From: Gammaproteobacteria bacterium
GTDB taxonomy: Bacteria; Pseudomonadota; Gammaproteobacteria; GCA-002705445; GCA-002716945
Assembly: GCA_029246085.1 (NCBI GenBank)
Contig: JAQWOB010000010.1
Span: 1,552-65,551 of the forward strand
Reading direction: 5' to 3'
Length of the DNA: 64,000 bases
Under the pieces are notes generated by a model. The model worked only from the letters and a program-made list of their open reading frames with translations, ran no database searches and was not told the origin of the DNA. The position numbers and the translations under genes were made by a program. Below are positions 59,112 to 64,000 of the stretch, in pieces. How positions within the stretch are numbered: position 1 is the stretch's first letter; every line of letters starts with the position of its first letter.

Positions 59112-60195
59112 GTTTTCTAATTTCCTCTACGAGAGCATCACCCATTTCAGATGTGCTAACAAATTCTTTCTCTAAGCTAATATCTTTTGTCAATACACCT
59201 GATTTCAGAACATTTTCAATAGAGTTTTTAATAATGTTTGAAACTTTTATATTATCTAAAGAATATTCAAACATCATAGCGACTGACAAAATCATTGCAA
59301 TCGGATTCACTATACCTTTGCCTGCAATATCTGGAGCAGAGCCATGAATCGGCTCATAAACACCATTGATATCAGATAATGATGCCGATGGTAGCATACC
59401 AATTGAGCCAGTTAACATGGAAGCCTCATCAGACAATATATCTCCAAATAAATTTTCCGTAAGCATTACATCAAACTGCCTTGGATTTTTAATTAATTGC
59501 ATAGCAGCATTATCAACATACATATGATCTAGCTTAATTTCAGAATATTTATCCTTATGTAATTTAGTTACGGTATCTCTCCATACTTGAGATGCCTCTA
59601 ATACGTTAGCTTTATCTACTGATGTTACTCTAGATGATCTTTTCTTTGATAAATCAAAAGCATACTGAGAAATTCTAGAGACTTCATTTTCAGAATAAAT
59701 CATAGTATTAAATCCAGATCTATTAGGTCCGTCATGAAAACCTCTCGGTTCACCAAAATAAACTCCACCAATCAGCTCCCTTATAATAACAATATCTAAA
59801 TTTTTTATTATTTCAGGCTTAATTGTAGAGCTTTCAAGCAAAGCATCAAATAAAAATATTGGTCTTACATTAATATATAAATCTAATGATTTTCTTAATG
59901 CTAATAATCCAGATTCAGGTTTTAGTTTATTTTCATTCTTCTCATGTTTTTTTGTTCCAACTGCTCCTAATAAAATACAGTCAGCCTTTCCTGCTTTCAT
60001 AGAAGTTTCTTCTGGATATGGAGTTCCATGATTATCTATGGCAATGCCACCAATATCAGCATATTCATATGACAGGTTACTTAATTTTAACTTATTGAAT
60101 AAATCAATAACCTTAATGGCTTCTGCCATAATTTCAGGCCCAACTCCATCGCCAGGTAATAATAAAAGTTTTTTCTCAGTCATTGTTATTCTCAA
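59104..60195 (-). CDS. leuB: 3-isopropylmalate dehydrogenase
   Basis: 363 aa in the IMDH/IDH family (..NLFGDILSDEASMLTGSIGMLPSAS). Confidence 0.9.
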   Translation of the reverse strand: MRITMTEKKLLLLPGDGVGPEIMAEAIKVIDLFNKLKLSNLSYEYADIGGIAIDNHGTPYPEETSMKAGKADCILLGAVGTKKHEKNENKLKPESGLLALRKSLDLYINVRPIFLFDALLESSTIKPEIIKNLDIVIIRELIGGVYFGEPRGFHDGPNRSGFNTMIYSENEVSRISQYAFDLSKKRSSRVTSVDKANVLEASQVWRDTVTKLHKDKYSEIKLDHMYVDNAAMQLIKNPRQFDVMLTENLFGDILSDEASMLTGSIGMLPSASLSDINGVYEPIHGSAPDIAGKGIVNPIAMILSVAMMFEYSLDNIKVSNIIKNSIENVLKSGVLTKDISLEKEFVSTSEMGDALVEEIRKHV

Positions 60196-60820
60196 ATATC
60201 CATGGTTTTTTCAGTTTCATTTCAGATTCATAATTCTGAATCTTATCTTCATGTTTTAAAGATAGCTCAATATCGTCATATTCAAATATAATTCTCTCTT
60301 TATCAGAGTCAGAAATAACAAATGAATATACCTGGCTATTAGGCGTTGTAATTGTCTGATTTTGAATGTTAATTGTCAAATTATATTTAGGAGACGCAGA
60401 CATTTCATCAAATATATTTTCCAGCTCATCTTTTTTAATAGAAATTAAAAGCAAACCATTTTTAAAACTATTTCTATAAAATATATCAGCAAATGATGTA
60501 GAGATAACAGCTTCAATCCCATAATCTTTTAGAGCCCATACAGCATGTTCACGAGAAGATCCGCATCCAAAATTATCATTAGCTAATATTATATTGCCAT
60601 CCGAATATGGCTTTATATTTAAAACAAAGTCAGAGTTTAAATTTCTTTTTTTTGTTGTACCTAAATCTCCAGGATCCGTATATCTTAACGAGTCAAATAG
60701 GAATGGTCCAAAACCTGATTTCTTGATTGATTTTAAATACTGCTTAGGGATGATAGCATCAGTATCAATATTTGATTGATCAAACGGTATAACTTGTCCT
60801 TCAATAATCTTATTTTTCAT
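60176..60820 (-). CDS. leuD: 3-isopropylmalate dehydratase small subunit
   Basis: 214 aa, LeuD family (..[13 protein letters not shown]). Confidence 0.9.
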   Translation of the reverse strand: MKNKIIEGQVIPFDQSNIDTDAIIPKQYLKSIKKSGFGPFLFDSLRYTDPGDLGTTKKRNLNSDFVLNIKPYSDGNIILANDNFGCGSSREHAVWALKDYGIEAVISTSFADIFYRNSFKNGLLLISIKKDELENIFDEMSASPKYNLTINIQNQTITTPNSQVYSFVISDSDKERIIFEYDDIELSLKHEDKIQNYESEMKLKKPWIFENNND

Positions 60821-62222
60821 TTATAAATTCTATAACATTACTGAAATGCCCTTTGATTGCTGCCAATGCGGCCATTGATGGGCTAACTAAATGAGTTCTT
60901 CCTTTATCTCCTTGCCTGCCCTCAAAATTTCTATTGGAAGTTGAGGCACACCTCTCATATGGCAATAGACTGTCGTCATTCATACCAAGACACATTGAGC
61001 ATCCTGGATCTCTCCACTCAAAACCAGATTTAATAAAGATTTTATCGAGCCCTTCTTTTTCTGCCTCAGCTTTCACATGTCCAGATCCAGGTACAACAAT
61101 TGCTTGTTTAATATGATTCGATATTTTATAGCCTTCTAAAATTGCTGCTGCTTGTCTTAAATCTTCAATTCTAGAATTTGTGCATGATCCTATAAATATT
61201 TTATCAAGTTTTATAGATTTTATATCTTGATTAGCTTTTAGTCCCATATAATCTAGAGCTCTTTGAATATGTTGTTTTTTACTGAAATCATTTTCACTTT
61301 CAGGATCAGGAGTTTTGCCATTAATATCAGTTGTCATTTCAGGTGATGTTCCCCATGTAACCTGAGGCAACACATCGGCTGCATCAAACGACAAAGTCTT
61401 ATCAAATTCAGCATCACTATCACTAACTAAAGTTTCCCAATATTTTATAGCATTTTTTAAGTGCTGTTTACTTGGCGAGTATTTTCTGTTTAACATATAG
61501 TCAAAAGTTTTTGAATCAAAAGATACTAGGCCAGATTTAGCACCAGCCTCAATACTCATATTACACATAGTCATTCTACTCTCAATACTCATGTTTTCTA
61601 TGCAGCTACCAGTGAACTCAATTGTATAGCCCGTTCCGCCAGATGTTCCTATTATTTTGATAATATGTAAAATTAAATCTTTTGAAGAAATAAGCTGGCT
61701 AAGGCTATTAGTAATATTAATTTTAAAATTCTTTTCTTTATTAATGTTTATACATTGTGTGGCAAGAACATGCTCTACATCGCTAGTTCCAATACCAAAA
61801 GCAAGTGATGCAAGCGCGCCATGCGTTGACGTATGTGAATCACCACAAACCAAAGTCATTCCTGGCTGAGTAATGGCAAGCTCTGGACCGATGACATGAA
61901 CAATTCCCTGATTAATATTGTTTAAATCAAAATAACTAATTTTATGTTTCTTACAATTATCTATTAAAGTATCTACTTGGAGTTTAGATATTTTATCATC
62001 TATACCTAACGCCCTATTTTTAGTTGGAACATTATGATCTGAAACAGCAAAAATAGAATTTTTATTCCATATATTCCGTTTCTTAATACCAAGTCCATCA
62101 AAAGCTTGGGGTGATGTTACCTCATGTACTAAGTGTCTATCGATATAAATTAGAGATGACCCATCTGTGTTCTCATGAACTAGATGTTCGTTCCATATTT
62201 TATCATAAAGAGTTTTTTTCAT
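60810..62222 (-). CDS. leuC: 3-isopropylmalate dehydratase large subunit
   Basis: 470 aa in the aconitase family with Cys ligands (..GSCTNSR.., DPGCSMCLG). Confidence 0.95.
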   Translation of the reverse strand: MKKTLYDKIWNEHLVHENTDGSSLIYIDRHLVHEVTSPQAFDGLGIKKRNIWNKNSIFAVSDHNVPTKNRALGIDDKISKLQVDTLIDNCKKHKISYFDLNNINQGIVHVIGPELAITQPGMTLVCGDSHTSTHGALASLAFGIGTSDVEHVLATQCININKEKNFKINITNSLSQLISSKDLILHIIKIIGTSGGTGYTIEFTGSCIENMSIESRMTMCNMSIEAGAKSGLVSFDSKTFDYMLNRKYSPSKQHLKNAIKYWETLVSDSDAEFDKTLSFDAADVLPQVTWGTSPEMTTDINGKTPDPESENDFSKKQHIQRALDYMGLKANQDIKSIKLDKIFIGSCTNSRIEDLRQAAAILEGYKISNHIKQAIVVPGSGHVKAEAEKEGLDKIFIKSGFEWRDPGCSMCLGMNDDSLLPYERCASTSNRNFEGRQGDKGRTHLVSPSMAALAAIKGHFSNVIEFINEK

Positions 62223-62241
62223 AATATGAACTTAAAATATA

Positions 62242-63303
62242 TTAATTAGAATTTTGTGCCTTATCACGAAGATATAGGTCACACAATACCAAAGCCATCA
62301 TTGCCTCTGCTATAGGAGTTGCTCTTATGCCAACACATGGATCATGTCTGCCTTTAGTCACAATTGTTGTTTCTTTATTATCTGTAGTAACCGTTGCGCC
62401 TGGTTTAAGAATACTAGATGTTGGCTTTAAAGCCATTTTAACCACTATATCTTGACCAGAAGAAATACCACCTAGTGTTCCACCAGAATTATTAGACGTA
62501 AAACCATCTGGCATTATTTCATCACGCCCCTCGGAACCTTTTTGGGTTACCACCCCAAAACCAGATCCAATCTCAACACCTTTGACTGCGTTAATTGACA
62601 TCATTGCGTATGCAAGTAGAGCATCAAGTTTATCAAACACAGGATTACCTAATCCTGCCGGTACATTGATCGCCTTAACAGTAACTTCTGCACCAATAGA
62701 ATCTCCTGATTTACGTATTTCATTAATATAATTTTCCAATGTAGAAATCATAGATTCATCAGGGAAAAAAAATGGATTATTCTCAACATGATCTAAATTA
62801 ATAGATGTCGGTTTGTGTTCACCAATTTGTGAAACATAACCAAATATTTCTAATCCTATTTTATCTTTGAGAACTTTTTTTGCGATAGCACCGCCAGCTA
62901 CTCTTGCTACTGTTTCTCGTGCAGATGATCTACCGGCTCCTCTATAATCTCTAAGCCCATATTTCTTTGTATATGTATAGTCAGCATGCCCAGGTCTAAA
63001 CTTATCCTTAATTTCTCCATAATCTTTAGATCTCTGATCTTCATTATAAATGATTAGGCATATAGGAGTTCCTGTGGTCTTGCCTTCAAAGGTTCCGGAT
63101 AAAATTTCAACCTTATCCCCTTCTTTTCTCTGGGTAGTGAATTTTGAATTACCAGGTTTTCTTCTATCAAGGTCTATTTGGATATCATTTTCTGACAAAT
63201 CTATTCCCGGAGGGCATCCATCTATGATGCACCCTAGTGCCTTCCCATGACTCTCTCCAAAGCTTGTGAGAGTAAAAATCTTTCCAAAAGTATTGCCTGA
63301 CAT
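62242..63303 (-). CDS. aroC: chorismate synthase
   Basis: 353 aa. The N-terminus [33 protein letters not shown] is typical of AroC. Confidence 0.9.
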   Translation of the reverse strand: MSGNTFGKIFTLTSFGESHGKALGCIIDGCPPGIDLSENDIQIDLDRRKPGNSKFTTQRKEGDKVEILSGTFEGKTTGTPICLIIYNEDQRSKDYGEIKDKFRPGHADYTYTKKYGLRDYRGAGRSSARETVARVAGGAIAKKVLKDKIGLEIFGYVSQIGEHKPTSINLDHVENNPFFFPDESMISTLENYINEIRKSGDSIGAEVTVKAINVPAGLGNPVFDKLDALLAYAMMSINAVKGVEIGSGFGVVTQKGSEGRDEIMPDGFTSNNSGGTLGGISSGQDIVVKMALKPTSSILKPGATVTTDNKETTIVTKGRHDPCVGIRATPIAEAMMALVLCDLYLRDKAQNSN

Positions 63304-63403
63304 AATAAGAACTTCAAATAGTTAGTAAATTGAATCTAAATAACATATATTTACTTTGTTATTATATATTAAATAGACTGATAATTGAATAAATTGAAGA
63401 ATA

Positions 63404-63997
63404 ATGAATAAAACATACCTTATATATGGACTGGCGCTAATAATATTATCAATGGTTTATCTTGGTGATGGTCAGGAAGAAAAGCCAAATTTCACAAGAA
63501 TTAATGTTGATCATTTATTTTTAGAGGAAAATAAAACATACAGAACGACAATAAATGATTCATTTAATAATGATTCTCTAAAAGACCATATAACGCTTGT
63601 TTTTTTTGGTTATGCTAGCTGTCCAGATTTTTGCCCAGACACTCTAGCTAAAATGAATAAAGTATTTAAAACAGTTAGTGAAAATAATCAAAATAAAAAA
63701 TTACAACTACTCTTTATATCTATTGATCCAAAAGATGAAATGGAAGTCATGAAAAAATATGTTGAATACTTCAATAAAGATTTTATTGGAATGCCAATGA
63801 ATGGCAATAATCTTGATAAGGTAATCAAAAAGACAGGTGTCTATGTAAAAAAAGTGTCCAGTGAAGGAGATATAGACTTCTATGACCATACTGGCGCAAT
63901 ATTTATTGTAAATCCTGATGCAAAAGTAATTGGAATATATACGCCACCAATTCTTAATGACTTAATTCTTGAAGACATAGTAAAGGTAATTAATTAA
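63404..63997 (+). CDS. SCO1/SenC-family thioredoxin-like copper chaperone
   Basis: 197 aa with an N-terminal TM/signal and a CxxxC motif FGYASCPDFCPDTL (compare Sco1 FGFTHCPDICP) plus a downstream His region. Confidence 0.7.
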   Translation: MNKTYLIYGLALIILSMVYLGDGQEEKPNFTRINVDHLFLEENKTYRTTINDSFNNDSLKDHITLVFFGYASCPDFCPDTLAKMNKVFKTVSENNQNKKLQLLFISIDPKDEMEVMKKYVEYFNKDFIGMPMNGNNLDKVIKKTGVYVKKVSSEGDIDFYDHTGAIFIVNPDAKVIGIYTPPILNDLILEDIVKVIN

Positions 63998-64000
63998 ATG

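Noticed and set aside
54530-62222. trp / leu / phe attenuator leaders
   Set aside because: trpF, trpB, trpA, leuC and pheA all start within 0-20 nt of (or overlap) the preceding gene, leaving no space for leader peptides or attenuators.

Overview
This is a very AT-rich (about 28-30% GC), extremely gene-dense chromosomal core segment. Coding density is about 97%, and most gene junctions are either 1-20 nt overlaps or gaps under 40 bp. I call 69 protein-coding genes (68 complete plus one partial, hfq, at the left edge), one tRNA-Leu(CAA) and one clear intrinsic terminator. There is no CRISPR array, transposase, integrase or prophage. Gene content and order follow the Pseudomonas/E. coli gammaproteobacterial backbone almost gene for gene: hfq-miaA-tsaE-nnr; rluC divergent from rne; smc-ligA; hisS-yfgM-bamB-der; suhB divergent from trmJ-iscRS(A)-hscBA-fdx-iscX-ndk; queA-tgt-yajC-secDF; pyrF-lapBA-ihfB-rpsA-cmk-aroA-tyrA-hisC-pheA-gyrA; ubiG-gph; purF-cvpA-dedD-folC-accD-trpABF-truA-fimV-asd-leuBDC-aroC. 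The organism therefore looks like a genome-streamlined, non-enteric gammaproteobacterium. It uses SMC (MukB is absent from this smc-ligA locus), has a separate trpF, and has Asn/Lys-rich low-complexity protein tails. I found no obvious novel multi-gene system such as defence, secretion or biosynthetic genes. The points worth a second look are reductive or organisational. (1) The isc operon has no iscU between iscS and iscA although hscBA, fdx and iscX are retained. (2) mutL and amiB are absent from their conserved slot between tsaE and miaA. (3) zipA is absent between smc and ligA, and serC is absent between gyrA and pheA. (4) The FimV homologue is minimal, keeping only membrane helices and the C-terminal FimV motif. 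(5) RNase E is short, with an Asn/Lys/Arg/Tyr tail carrying an in-frame (AAT)n microsatellite, and has a 292-bp leader with two perfect hairpins. (6) The only non-core DNA is a 1.1-kb islet abutting the 3' end of tRNA-Leu that encodes two small hypothetical proteins. (7) A strongly SD-driven DUF4242-like small protein ends the queF-M23 peptidase transcription unit at a bidirectional terminator that overlaps the der stop codon.
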